This document shows positions 1 through 12,257 of a stretch of DNA of 64,000 bases, piece after piece. The notes under the pieces were generated by a model. That model searched no databases. It was not told where the DNA came from and was given only the letters and a program-made list of their open reading frames with translations. The DNA comes from Eledone cirrhosa. Its lineage: Eukaryota. How positions within the stretch are numbered: position 1 is the first letter of the stretch; each line of letters opens with the position of its first letter. The stretch is from contig OZ024743.1 of NCBI GenBank assembly GCA_964016885.1, positions 285,448,001 to 285,512,000 on the forward strand. Direction: 5' to 3'. The position numbers were made by a program, and so were the translations under genes.

Positions 1-229
1 TTTACATTGCTCCAGTTTACTCAGCTGTAGAAATGAGCCACTGGTGCCAAACTGTATCAGCCTTTACCTTTCCCTTGGACAACATGGGTGGCGTGGAGAC
101 AGGCAACTAGTATGTATAGGTGACTGCTGGTCTTCCACAAACAACCTTACCTGGACTTGTGCCTTGGAGGGGAACTTTCAAGGTGTAAATCCCATGGTCA
201 TTCATTCGTGAACGAAGGAAGTCATTACC

Positions 230-232
<3 letters not shown>
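1..232 (+). mobile_element. 3' part of tRNA-derived CORE-type SINE
   Basis: 1-37 matches 51258-51292 (acattgctccagtttactcagctgtagaaatgag), the body of the SINE at 51151. Confidence 0.6.
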
Positions 233-273
<41 letters not shown>

Positions 274-281
<8 letters not shown>

Positions 282-542
282 AATTTCTTTAAGTCGTTTG
301 GAAGCCTCGACAATGCAGATGGGTAAATCTCCGGGTAACAAGATCCGGTGGTGGAGAGAGAGATGTAAGTGGGTGTACGTTAAGATGCGTTGAGATGCGT
401 GGTACACCCACTTACATCTCTCTCTCCACCACCGGATCTTGTTACCCGGAGATTTACCCATCTGCATTGTCGAGGCTTCCAAACGCCTTAAAGAAATTTA
501 CCTTATTATTCCACAATGCTTCAAGCAAACTTCAATACTCTC
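274..542 (+). mobile_element. Palindrome-plus-tail element in (TA)n (PLE-like terminal remnant)
   Basis: Arms 274-378 and 402-506 are reverse complements with one mismatch seen, 23-nt spacer, about 36-nt unpaired tail, (TA)n on both sides. Confidence 0.6.
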
Positions 543-555
543 ATATATATATATA

Positions 556-925
556 ATATGGAAAACGAATAATCAGTGATGCATCGGAACACAATTTATT
601 GTCGTATTACAATTGTTTCTCCAGCGAACAGCTCGAGGTGCAATCTATTTGTGGATCGAACCTGACTCTAGATTCGCAAGTTCCTCAGATTCGGAAGTCA
701 CTAGACATATCTGAGGAAGTTGTGAATCTAGAGTCAGGTTCGATCCACAAATAGATCGCACCTCGAGCTGTTCGCCGGAGAAACAATTGTAATACGACAA
801 TAAAGTGTGTTCTGATGCATCACTGATTCTTCGTTTTCCATATCATTATACTCTGCTCCGAAGGTGCATAGAGTGCTCAACTGGCATACTGCCTATGGAC
901 ACATCCAAGCTACCATACTTCAAAT
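556..925 (+). mobile_element. PLE-like palindrome-plus-tail element with an HHR motif in each arm
   Basis: Arms 556-690 and 709-843; CTGAGGA 711-717, GAAAC-AATT-GTA 780-791, AATAAA 799-804; about 80-nt tail; (TA)n flanks. Confidence 0.7.
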
Positions 926-931
926 ATATAT

Positions 932-1290
932 ATCATCATCATCATCATCGTTTAATGTCTATTTTCCATGCTAGCATGGGTTTAGACGGGAATTGTCCCA
1001 CTTGAGGCAAGATTGGTCGGGTGACCGTGTCTCACTCGTATAGGACTGTCTGGCAGGTTTTCTATGGCTGGATGCCCTTCCTAACACCAACCACATTTAC
1101 AGTATGGACTGGGAGGTTTTTACCGTGTTACCTACACGGCCACATTACAGCGTGGACTGTGTTTTTTTTTTGTTGTGACACCTACATGACCTCATTTATT
1201 TTGGACTGGATGTTGTGGTACCAACATAACTTTACAGAGAAAGAGTGATGTTGGTGGGAGTGGGAGGGTGGAGTAGGGGTAGTGGGATGG
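932..1290 (-). mobile_element. RTE LINE 3' UTR
   Basis: (CAT)n tail at the left end; ggatgcccttcctaacaccaaccac motif shared with the other RTE copies. Confidence 0.8.
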
Positions 1291-1299
1291 GGTGTATAT

Positions 1300-1960
1300 A
1301 TATATATATCAGTGTGTTAGTGGGAATCGAGGTGTTGTTGGGGAAAAGTGTGTGTGAGAAATGATACTTAGCACCACTGATGCTCAAAAGAAAGAGGCCT
1401 GGAAATGTTACTATGAGAGGCTGATGAATATAGAAAATGAACGAGAGGAGGAGAAACTCTTCCCAACTTACCCAACAGAAAGACCAGCTATTGAAATTGA
1501 CAGTTATAGGGTCAATTATAGAAGCAATCAAGAAAATGAAGAAAGGAAAAGGTGTTGGCCTGTCAGAGATAGTTACTGAGATGCTAAAAGCATTGGGAGA
1601 AGTAGGAACCAAACTAGTAACCTGCATAGTCAATCAGGTAATACAAGATGGAGTCATACCCATTGACTGGCACAGCAGTACAACAGTAAATTGCTACAGA
1701 GGAAAAGGAGCAACTATAGAAGAATAAAACTAATGAACCAAGTTATGAAAGTGGCGGAAAAAGTTATAGCATAGCTAATTAGGGAAAGAGTCAAATTATA
1801 TGAGATACAGTTGAGTTTCATGCCTGGAAAAAGTACTGCAGATGCCCTCTTCTTAGTGAGGCAACTACAAGAGAAGCTACTAGCCAAGAATAAGCCACTA
1901 TATTTAGCTTTTGTTGATCTAGAAAAGGCCTTTAACAGAGTACCTCATTCTGTTATTTCA
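1300..1960 (+). mobile_element. Degenerate RTE RT fragment
   Basis: FMPGKSTADALFLVRQLQEK...[14 protein letters not shown] with frameshifts. Confidence 0.8.
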
Positions 1961-2419
1961 CACACACACATGTTTGCCAGCAACAAACGGCTTCTTTCTT
2001 AGAATGATGGGCGCATTATATGATGCATGCAGTTGAACTCCAAAGCTGCATGGCAGCAAGATGTGGGCCCTGAATGCAGAAGTTAAAAAGAAAGAAGTAT
2101 AAATGAATATAGCATACAAGAGTGACACTTGCAGAGGTATGGACAGGTGTATAAAAATGTTGGATGGAATCTGTGGAAGACAGAGACAAAGGAGGATAAA
2201 TTTGTGATGAACGACCTCAAGAAATTAAACCTCATAACCAAGTGACTGGTGATAGGCCATGATACAAAAGACCCATCCACCAGTACAAGCATTGCAACTT
2301 TGTAATTGTAATGAGTGACCAGAGGCTACAGTGTTGGCAATGAAACAGGCAATATAGGGTTTTAGAGGATGATCATATGACAATCTTTCTAATGCTCTGA
2401 CAATGATAAAATGCATCGT

Positions 2420-3170
2420 CCATTCTGTAAAGTGGTATTGCTGTTGTCATGAAAGGCACATCCAGTACACTCTATAGTGCTGTTGGCATTAGGAAGAGCA
2501 TCCAGCTGTAGAAACCATACCAAATATGGAATGTAATGAGCAAGATTGGTTGCTACAACCTATGCCAGAGTGGAAAGTGTATGTAAAAATGATGAGGATG
2601 ATGATGATGATCTGTCTCATGTTCGGGTCGTTGGCCTCTAAACTGGCAACCCCACCAAGGTTCCTTGGTGAGGAGGGTGACTTTGGACATCCTGCAGGAC
2701 TAAAAACAAAACCTGTCAACGGGCAAAGGAGCTCTTAAGAGTCAATGGCCATCCAAAATCACCGGGAGAGATGACCCCTTAGCCTTTGTCAAGGCAGAAT
2801 TCTAGGAGAAGGAAAACTCTGATATAACACCTGCAACTCTGATGGTATCCAATGATGTTGACTTGTTCTTCTTTTTGGTAAATATTATCTTGGTTAAGAG
2901 AGTGGGACTGGCTTTGTGCAGTGCCTTTGCTCACTATAAAAGCTTCACGGCACAGGCATTGCTTTATATCTGGAGATCTCTCTGCACTTGTCGTCACATG
3001 GTACCATGTACACTATGTGTCAATAATTGTCACAAGTGTAGTGTTTGTACCAGAGTTTTCAAGTCGCTGGCTGGACTAAAAAGTCACACTCGTTCAGCGC
3101 ATCGGTAGGGGTTCTCCTACATGGATTTAAAGTAGTGGCCGTACTCGAAAACGAGTTGGCAGCCACCATA
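2420..3170 (+). mobile_element. RTE 3' UTR followed by a deleted BovB-like RTE with C-terminal C2H2 finger
   Basis: 3'UTR motif and (GAT)n to about 2612; then CSVCTRVFKSLAGLKSHTRSAH at the end of the 2842-3108 ORF. A similar finger lies at 43150-43215. Confidence 0.55.
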
Positions 3171-3270
3171 TATATATATATATGATATGATGCAACACTG
3201 AATCTTCGTTCTTTTATAAAAGTGCATGGAAGAATTATATTAGTTTAATGCTTGAAATAGCTGGAATAGA

Positions 3271-3308
3271 ATCTAAACGTTTCGGGCAATAGTCCTTCAT
3301 CTGAAGAT
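3271..3308 (-). ncRNA. Degenerate minimal hammerhead motif
   Basis: Minus strand reads atctt-CAGATGA-aggactattgccc-GAAACGTT-tagat. A related truncated copy at 10440 has canonical CTGATGAaggacta. Confidence 0.45.
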
Positions 3309-3398
3309 AAAGTTAGAAATAGAAGATGAATAGAAAGTAAAGAATAATGAGAAGAAGGAACAGGGAAAATAAGAAAACCTAACTTTGGTAACTTAATG

Positions 3399-3428
3399 AC
3401 CTCGAGCAACGCCGGGCTTTAATGCTAG
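3399..3428 (+). mobile_element. Helitron 3' terminus
   Basis: ctcgagcaacgccgggc subterminal hairpin followed after a short spacer by CTAG|T. Confidence 0.55.
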
Positions 3429-3438
3429 TATATATATA

Positions 3439-4005
3439 CCATATTTTTCGGAATATAAGGCACACCAGAATATAGGACGCACTCTAAATTTAATATGAAT
3501 ATCCATGAAAAATATAATTAAGGGGAATTAACACTATTAACGCTATTAAAATTTTTTGAATCACTTTCAAATCTTATAAAATCATGACTTCTCTCATCCT
3601 CATTGATTTCCTGGCTGTCGACCTCGTCTAGTTCCTGAAATTCATCAGCTTCCTCGCATTCCTCGGGGTCATCACTTGTGTCGCTATCATTATACAGAAA
3701 ATCATCTGATGCCACATTTTTTGAAAGCTTTTATAACTGTCTTGGTTTTCACAGCATCGCATGAGTTTTTCACCCACTGGGTTACCTGAGAAAATGTCAG
3801 CCTCTTCATACGTCCCGTCGGTGTCAGTTCATGTTGCAGGTCCTTCATCCAATTATCCCATTCCTCTCTCTTATGTGCCTTAAAAGGCTTGTTTAGTGAA
3901 ACATCAAGGTGTTGTAATTGAAAATCCAGTCCACCAGGTATAACAGCTATTTCAGTGTTGAAGTTCTTTACCATCCTTACTGTAATCTCTGCTGTACTCA
4001 CGCCT
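3439..4005 (-). mobile_element. pogo (POGK/Passer-like) DNA transposon remnant
   Basis: TA|CCATATTTTTCGGAATATAAG terminus; DDE_1-type VIPGGLDFQLQHLDVSLNKPFK...TPTGRMKR...IKAFKKCGI followed by an acidic tail. Confidence 0.8.
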
Positions 4006-5139
4006 GTAGAGGGATGGCCTCTGCCAGGCTTAAAATGCCCAAGAAATGGAGTTATGGGACCATACAAAATACAAATATATCTATTTATATATATATATAT
4101 ATGAATAACATAGATTTTTTCCATCCTAGCTTGGATTGACAAATGGATTGAACAAAATGTCTGTAGTGTTTAGTTATAGCCCTTTACATTTTAGTTCCAT
4201 CAAGATCAACTTTCATACTTCTGAAGTTAATCACATAAAATACCAGTCAAGTATTGGAAAGGAGTCGATTTATATTCATTCCTACAATACATCCTCTATA
4301 TGAATGGAATTACCAAAAAGACTAAGTCTAAGACTGGTCTGCAGTCCAGTAAATTGTCATTCCTACCATTTTATTTGTGATGCTCAATATCCAGAGATCC
4401 GACTTCACTATTTTTTCAACATCTTCCTCATTTCTCCTGTATACATTATCTACTGACTTTAATGCCCAAACACTTTGTTGGTTTATTTGTGCTATGTTTT
4501 CCAAAGTCCAGCCTTGATTATCTTCTGTAATTACTTACTAATATTTAACATCACATTTTGTACATATTTTTTTATGTGACCACCCTTTTCCATCATTTTA
4601 TGTCCACTTTCTATGCTGGCATGGGTTGGACAGGTTGTTTAAATTTGAAACTGGACATTGGAAAGCCTCACCTCACTTGTACTTTCCAATTTTTGCATGG
4701 TTGGATTCCTTTCCTACTGCCAACCAATTTACAGAGTGGACTAGGTGCATTGTTTTATGGTACCATCACTATCACTTTACAGAGTGGAGTGGGTACAATT
4801 TATTGTGGCTCAAGTGAATTGGAAATGGGGAGAAATGATGAGAGAGTGAGTGATAAATATCAATGAAGTGTAGCTTTGGGGAGAGAGGAGTGGCTAGTAG
4901 CATAGAGAAGGCAGTGGTAGGATGAATGGGTATAGATCTGATGTTCATACATGGCTGGAGAAGGAATAGGCTGATGAGGTAATTTCCAGTACAGGTGGTG
5001 AATATTGATAGGGCTAAAAACACACTTTCAGTTGGAAACAATGTGGAGTAGGTGAAAGAACCTCAGAGGGTAAGGATTGTCAGACAGGTCACATAGGCAA
5101 CATAGTGCAATGAGGCTGAAACAGTGAGTATATATATAT

Positions 5140-5430
5140 ATGAAGACCCGACTTCCCACGGGTACAAGCTGAAGCTGAAGCATATAGACAATATACCCTC
5201 ACCTCCTCCCACTGTAAAGTGGTCGTGGAGGTGCCACGGTAAAAAAGCACCCAGCACTCACTGTAAATGAGGTTGGTGTTAGGAAGGGCATCCAGCTGTA
5301 GATATCAAGCCAAAATCAGTTCCCGTATGAGCAAGACAAGGTCACCCAACCTGACATTGCCTACAACAGGACAACCCGTCTAACCCATGCCAGTGTGGAA
5401 GAATGGACGTAAAACAGTGATGATGATGAT
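5140..5430 (+). mobile_element. RTE 3' UTR (subfamily B)
   Basis: Homologous to 9480-9820 and 55710-56040; (GAT)n tail; (TA)n on both sides. Confidence 0.8.
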
Positions 5431-5440
5431 TATATATATA

Positions 5441-6323
5441 TGAGGTGTGTCAGAAAAGTTCCAGGACTGATGTCACAAAAGATTTATTTCAAACACAAAC
5501 TTCACACTAAGAGTTTTCTCCTTCAAAGTAATCCCCCTGGAGTATGTAACTGTAATCTTAGCTCTCTGCAGCGATCAAACTTTTTTCTTCATAATTTTAT
5601 ATACATGTCCTCTGTTTCAGGTCGTCAAGCAATGAGCACAGAGCAATGAACAAACTTGAAGTTTCTGGTACGGTTGGGGAAAACTCCGTCAGAAGCACTG
5701 GGATTACTGCAGCAAGTGTATGGAGATGAGACGATGTCACGCTCACGTGTTTTTGAGTGGTGCAAGAGGTTTAAAGATGACCCCAGGAGCGGAAGCCCCT
5801 CAACAACCAGGACTGAGGTCAACGTTGAGCGCGTCAGGCAGATGGTGTGTAGCGATCATTGGCTAACTGTTCGACTGATGGGCATGAATCAGGACAGCGT
5901 CTGGAAGATTCTCACTGAAGATTTGGAGATGCGGAAAGTCTGCGCGAAGATGGTGCCAAAACTGCTGAACGATGACCAGAAGGGTTGATGCATGCAAGTG
6001 TGCCAGGACATCCTCGAGCGTCTTGAAACCGAACCAGACTTGCTAGGGACAGTCATCACCGGTGATGAGTCATGGATCTTCGAGTACAACCCGGAGGGGA
6101 CCCGTTTTAAAGACGTGAATGACATCAAAACGGCCATGACGATGGAACTGCAGAGGATCCCGGAAGAATCATTCCAGGAGTGCATGCAATGTGGCAGAAA
6201 AGGATGGAAAAGTGCATTAGACTCCAGGGGGATTACTTTGAAGGAGAAAACTCTTAGTGTGAAGTTTGGGTTTGAAATAAATCTTTTGTGACATCAGTCT
6301 TGGAACTTTTCTGACATACCTCG
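5441..6323 (+). mobile_element. Internally deleted mariner transposon with 103-bp inverted termini
   Basis: TA flanks; IRs 5441-5543 and 6221-6323; HTH region, MVPKLL, ITGDESWIFEYNPE; most of the DDD domain is deleted; in-frame stops. Confidence 0.92.
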
Positions 6324-6376
6324 TATATATATATATATATATAAGCACAAGACCAGAAATTTGGGGAAAGAACTAA

Positions 6377-6581
6377 CCCTTTCATACCAGTATTTCAATT
6401 AATGAAGAATTTGGAGAGATTAATGATTATTTCATTATTAAGATAGCATTTGTAACATAACTTAACAAAACGTTCTTATATTAAAATATGTAGGAATATT
6501 TAACTTAGATATAAACCTTTTAAAATGGATGATCTTTTTTCATAAACCAGTGGGGTTTTTGTAAGGTTGGTATCAAAAGGG
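6377..6581. mobile_element. piggyBac-type MITE inserted in an old SINE
   Basis: (C)TAA|CCCTTTCATACC ... GGTATCAAAAGGG|TTAA; sister copy at 60680-60902. Confidence 0.75.
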
Positions 6582-6899
6582 TTAATTTATTTAATTGACC
6601 CCTTGATGTTACTTATTTTATTGACATGGAATGATTAAAGGCAAAGTTAAACCCTGTGTGATGTGAACACAGCACATAAGGTTATACCAAAAACTAAATG
6701 CTGCAAAGCATTCAAGAGAAGGATTGATACCTAGGACAAAGCAAGGATTATCCTGCTACCATGGGTAAGTGACCTCTAGCAACTGTATTCTCTGGCTTCA
6801 TACTGAAGAGTAGGCTCCTTTATTTGGTTTATACATGCCAACTTTCACATACCTTTTAACAAATTTACTGAAGAGTAGTACCATCCTCTCCATACTCAC

Positions 6900-7250
6900 C
6901 TTCATTTACAAACAGAATTTGAAAAGGTTATTGGAAGCTTAACCAAAGGGGAAAATGTATATCATTAGTCCTTTTAATTACAGCCAACACAGAACTTCTT
7001 TGACCATAGCCACCAGACAGGGAAACTGCTTGCCCTTCCCAGCCAAAGGAGACATCAGGGTGATCTTCATAATAAACTCAGCTGATAGCCAAATGTACCC
7101 TATACACAACCATTTTTTGACAAAACTCCATAAGTCAGTAATACTCAGACACAACAAATGTGTGCAAAATGTTTTTGTCATATTGTACACATCTCAGACA
7201 GGTCCAACTGATGTAATTCTATGCCTATAGAGCTTATCTTGAACTAGCAA
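6900..7250 (-). mobile_element. Old Tx1-like LINE C-terminal fragment
   Basis: ITDLWSFVKKWL...FPCLVAMVKEVLCW resembles VADLWGYVERLL...FLCVMAMVKEVVWW of the 38.5-41.7 kb element. Confidence 0.6.
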
Positions 7251-7747
7251 TGCCCCCTAAAAAATGTAACCTTAAAAAACAATTGCATAAAAAATACAGA
7301 TTTCTATCAGTGCTAGAATGGAAGTCTCATTTGATTGAATTAACCTCACTACTTGACTAACGTTTATTTCAGCAAACCTGGAAGAAAGGATAATGGGAAA
7401 AGTCCACCACGGAAGGATTTAGAATCAGAATTCTTATATAACAACTACACAAACAAGTTAAATCTTCCCATTTTTTTGCATAAACAAAAGATAACCAAAA
7501 TAACAGGTGAAAAGGCTCCAGGTATAATATAGTGGAAGTGGGAAATTATAAGAAATATGAAAATATACAAAATGAAAATATAAAAAATAAAATATAAAAG
7601 CTGTAATGAATGTGTATATGTGAGTTGGTAACTGCCCTCTTATCAATTTGCGTGTGGCATTTTGGAATCTATAAGCTTCCATATATATTGAAACTGCTTT
7701 CTTATCTATGAATTATTTTACTGCAGGTCACACACACACACACATTG

Positions 7748-7780
<33 letters not shown>

Positions 7781-7805
7781 GTATGTATATATATATATAT
7801 ATATA

Positions 7806-8765
7806 AAGGGTTCTATAGAAATAGTGGACAGCTTCCGTTACCTGGGCGATAAAATCAGCAGTGGGGGAGGGTGCTCTGAAAGTACTGTAGCTAGAGTCAG
7901 AACTGGTTGGAAAAAGTTCAGAGAGCTTATACCACTATTAGCTGCTAAAGGGTTCTCCCTAAAAATGAAAGGCAGGTTGTACGATGCCTGCATACGAACA
8001 GCAATGTTGCATGGTAGTGAGACCTGGGCATTGTGTGCAGAGGATATACGCAGACTAGAGAGGAACGAAGCTTGCATGCTCCGCTGGATGTGTAACAGTA
8101 ATATACGTGAACGGCAAAGCATAAACGAACTAAGGAAAAAATTAGAGATAAGAGGGATCAGATGTTGTTTACTCGAGAGAAGGCTACGTTGGTATGGACA
8201 CGTGATGCGCATGAAAGTCGATAGCTGTATAACAAAGTGCAGGGCAATAAAGATAGACGGTAGCCACGGAATAGGCAGACCTAGAAAAACCTGGGATGAG
8301 CTGATAAACTCCGACCTCACACACTTACACCTCTCCAAGACAATGTCACTGGACCGAGACCTTTGGCGGTACTCAGTAACAGAGAAGACCCGCCTTGCCA
8401 GTAGGCATCTCTAACAAAATACACCCCGTCCCGCCACCACCCCTACCCCATCCACACCACCCCGTTCTATGTAAAGTTATGTTGGTGCCGCGCCATCCAG
8501 GCCGAAACAAATGAGATCGTGTAGGTGTCACGACAAAAAAACACACAGTCCACGCTGTAATGTGGCCGTGTAGGCAACACGGTAAAAACCTCCCAGACCC
8601 ACACTGTAAATGTGGTTGGTGTTAGGAAGGGCATCCAACTGTAGAAAACCTGCCAGACAGTCCTATGCGAGCAAGACAATCACTCTTGCCTCAAGTGGGA
8701 CTACCCCGTCCAAACCCATGCAAGCGTGGAACACGGACGTTAAACGTTGATGATGATGATGATGA

Positions 8766-8768
<3 letters not shown>
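7806..8768 (+). mobile_element. 5'-truncated RTE LINE (subfamily A)
   Basis: VDSFRYLG...MLHGSETW...[10 protein letters not shown]...GRPRKTW, then 3'UTR and (GAT)n. Confidence 0.92.
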
Positions 8769-8797
<29 letters not shown>

Positions 8798-8801
<4 letters not shown>

Positions 8802-9820
8802 GGATCTCTAGAAGCTTAACTTAGAATGTAGGCTTTACATATAGCAGCTGTGCCGGGACAGCAAGCAGCAAACAGCCACAGGAAACAAGCACCACCAAAC
8901 TCTGGGAGGGCTCTGTAGAAACAGTAGAGAGCTTCTGCTACCTAGGTGACCGAATTAACAACGGAGGTGGGTGTTCAGAAAGTACAATAACTAGGGTAAG
9001 AACGGGATGGAAGAAGTTCAGGGAGCTACTCCCACTGCTAGCTGCAAAAGGCTTTTCCCTCAAAATGAAAGGCAAACTGTATGATGCGTGTATACAAACA
9101 GCAATGTTACATGGTAGTGAGAGCTGGGTGCTGTCTGTGGAAGACTTGCATAGATTAGAAAGAAATGAAGCCTGCATGCTCCGATGGATATGTAATAGTA
9201 ATATACGCAAACGGCAAAGCATAAACAAATTGAGAGAGACTGAGCATAAGAAGAATCAAATACTGTGTGCAGGAGAGGAGGTTGCATTGGTATGGACATG
9301 TGATGCGCATGAAGGATGACAGCTGCATAAAAAGGTACAGAGCACTAAAAGTCGATGGAAGCCGTGGAGTGGGGAGACCCAAGAAGACCTTGGATGAGGT
9401 GATAAAAGTCGACCTTACCCAATTGCACCTCTCAAATGTGATGACACATGACCATGATCTCTGGCGTCATGCAGTAATACAGAAATACCCATGGGTACAA
9501 GCCGAAGCTGAAGCATATAGACAATATCCCCCCCCCACACACACACACACATACACTGCAAAGTGGTCGTGGAGGTACCACGGCAAAAAAGCACCCATCC
9601 CACACTGTGTAAAGTGGACGTGCAGACACCACAGAAAAAAGGTACCCAGCACTCACTGTAAATGAGGTTGGTGTTAGGAAGGGCATCCAGCTGTAGAATT
9701 CAAGCCAGAATCAGTTCCAGTATGAGCAAGTCAAGGTCAGCCGACCGGACACTGCCCACAACAGGACAATCCATGCTAGCGTGGAAGAACGGACGTAAAA
9801 CGGTGATGATGATGATGATA
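8798..9820 (+). mobile_element. 5'-truncated RTE LINE (subfamily B)
   Basis: Same C-terminal RTE motifs with a frameshift; 3'UTR; (GAT)n tail. Confidence 0.9.
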
Positions 9821-10051
9821 TATATATACAGTATGGGATGGGCGCTTATTGTTGTGGCTCCAGGATGGTCACTTTATATAAGAGATTTAGGGCCTGACAG
9901 TTGAGCTCTAATATATTTACAATTTTCTATCCCAAGTATCAAATACTCAGCTGAATAATGGTCTCATTAGTTTTAAACTGGTAAAATCTCTCTCTCTCTC
10001 TATATATATATATACAGAGAGAGAGACAGAGACAGACAGAGAGAGAGAGAG

Positions 10052-10343
<292 letters not shown>

Positions 10344-10729
10344 TTCCCCAATAGGTATATGATTTTTCTCAAAAATTTTTCTTTTCTTTCTTCTCACTCT
10401 CTATCTTCCTATTTTACTTTTTATTTCTCATTCTATCTCCTGATGAAGGACTATATTTCTTGCCCCAACAAAAAACTCCCAGTTCACACTGTAAAGTGGT
10501 CATTTTGGTGCCACGATAAAAAGCACCTAGTCTGCACTGTAAATGTCATTGACATTAGGAAGGGCATCATGCCACAGAAATCAACCCACAAACGTTCTAT
10601 ATGAGCAAGACATGGTCAACTGATCTGACTTGTCTCACAGTAAGACAACACATCTAACCCATGCTAGCATGGAAAAATGGACATTAAACGATGATGATAA
10701 TGATGATGATAATGATGATATATATATAT

Positions 10730-10932
10730 ATACAAACCACAACAGAAACACAAATCCTGCATCTCAATATTACTTTTGAAAAGCATAAGAACTGTGAAAC
10801 CAATAAAGTACATAAATAGATATTCCTAAAAGACCCCAGTTGTATTGTCAATTTCCTTTTGTTATACTTTCACCCATGTAGAACATCTATTTTTTCTTTT
10901 GTTTTTTTTTTTATAAAAAAAACTCATTTTCT

Positions 10933-10973
<41 letters not shown>

Positions 10974-11388
10974 AAAGAGATGAAATCGAAAATGCAACTG
11001 GAGTCTTATTTTTAAAAAAAATATATATATTTATTTGGTTCCTTTACCGGTTTCGCAGTTCTTCTGCTTTTCAAAAGGTGAGTTGAGATGGAGGGTCTGT
11101 GGTTTTTCTCACATCTGGTTGGTCTCTGAATGTTACTTCTTTTATATGGAAAAAGTGGCTCGAAATGCCAGGTTTTTCGAGAAGTAACTTGAGTGGTTGG
11201 TCAATAATTATAATAAATTTCGCGCCAGTTCGCGTTACAATAGTTCTTCAAATAAGGGGGGGGGGGGGTTGTCACAGGTTGTTTTTTCATATATGAGTGT
11301 TTGCATTTTCGATTTCATCTCTTTTTCTTTATACTTTCACTCGTGTAGGACACCTCGGTTATTTTTCATTTTGTAAAAAAAACCTCAC

Positions 11389-11394
<6 letters not shown>
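10730..11394. mobile_element. Family-E PLE-like termini (one forward copy, one inverted copy plus tail) with U3-A8 HHRs
   Basis: IR 10970-10997 / 11301-11328; tails 10862-10933 and 11329-11394 are homologous; HHRs at 10771-10810 (+) and 11041-11078 (-). Confidence 0.7.
11041..11078 (-). ncRNA. Minimal type-I hammerhead ribozyme, U3-A8 variant
   Basis: CCUU-UUGAAAA-GCAG-aagaa-CUGC-GAAA-CCGG-UA-AAGG; stems I and II are perfect and stem III is palindromic (ACCGGU). Confidence 0.7.
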
Positions 11395-11445
<51 letters not shown>

Positions 11446-11712
11446 ATGAATTGGCAGAGTCTTTAGAATGTTGAATAGAATGCTTTGCATTATGTGTTAG
11501 ATCAACATTCCATCCTTTCGTGGTCATTAAATAAAGTATCAGTTCAATACTGGAGTCTATTTTTCCTCCATCCCTCTCACTATCTGTTTCTCTGGAAACA
11601 TGAGCTCTGTTGAGATTTGGAGGGAATGGGCTCTGCCAAATTTAGAGGCCCAAGTCTGCACCTCTCTGATTCCATCAGGAGTTTTTCCCCCTTCCCCTTT
11701 CCCCCTTCCCCA

Positions 11713-11746
<34 letters not shown>

Positions 11747-11750
<4 letters not shown>

Positions 11751-12175
11751 TAACAGAGAAGACCCGCCTTACCTAAATATATAGTAAAACCTACTCCAGC
11801 CAGTAGGCATCTCTAACAAAATACACCCCGTCCCACCACCCCCACCCCCATCCGATCCACACCACCCCGTTCTATGTAAAGTTATGTTGGTGCCGCGCCA
11901 TCGAGGCCGAAACAAATGAGATCGTGTAGGTGTCACGACAAAAAAACACACAGTCCACGCTGTAATGTGGCCGTGTAGGCAACACGGTAAAAACCTCCCA
12001 GACCCACACTGTAAATGTGGTTGGTGTTAGGAAGGGCATCCAACTGTAGAAAACCTGCCAGACAGTCCTATGCGAGCAAGACAATCACTCTTGCCTCAAG
12101 TGGGACTACCCCCGTCCAAACCCATGCAAGCGTGGAACACGGACGTTAAACGTTGATGATGATGATGATGATGAT
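11747..12175 (+). mobile_element. RTE subfamily A 3' end
   Basis: Near-identical to 8375-8768 but retains about 30 bp deleted there. Confidence 0.88.
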
Positions 12176-12178
12176 ATA

Positions 12179-12257
12179 CAGGGTGTATCAAAAATCATTA
12201 TCTATTTTGAATACCAATAAGTACACCAAAATAGATAGTAACTTTTGAGATACCCTG
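12179..12257. mobile_element. 79-bp Tc1/mariner-type MITE
   Basis: TA|CAGGGTGTATCAAAA...TTTTGAGATACCCTG|TA with imperfect TIRs of about 30 bp. Confidence 0.7.

Larger units (their letters stand above)
6466..8768 (+). repeat. 2.3-kb duplicated segment, copy 1 (source)
   Basis: Near-identical to 13641-15941 (offset about 7175); identical ORFs appear in the ORF track. Confidence 0.95.
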
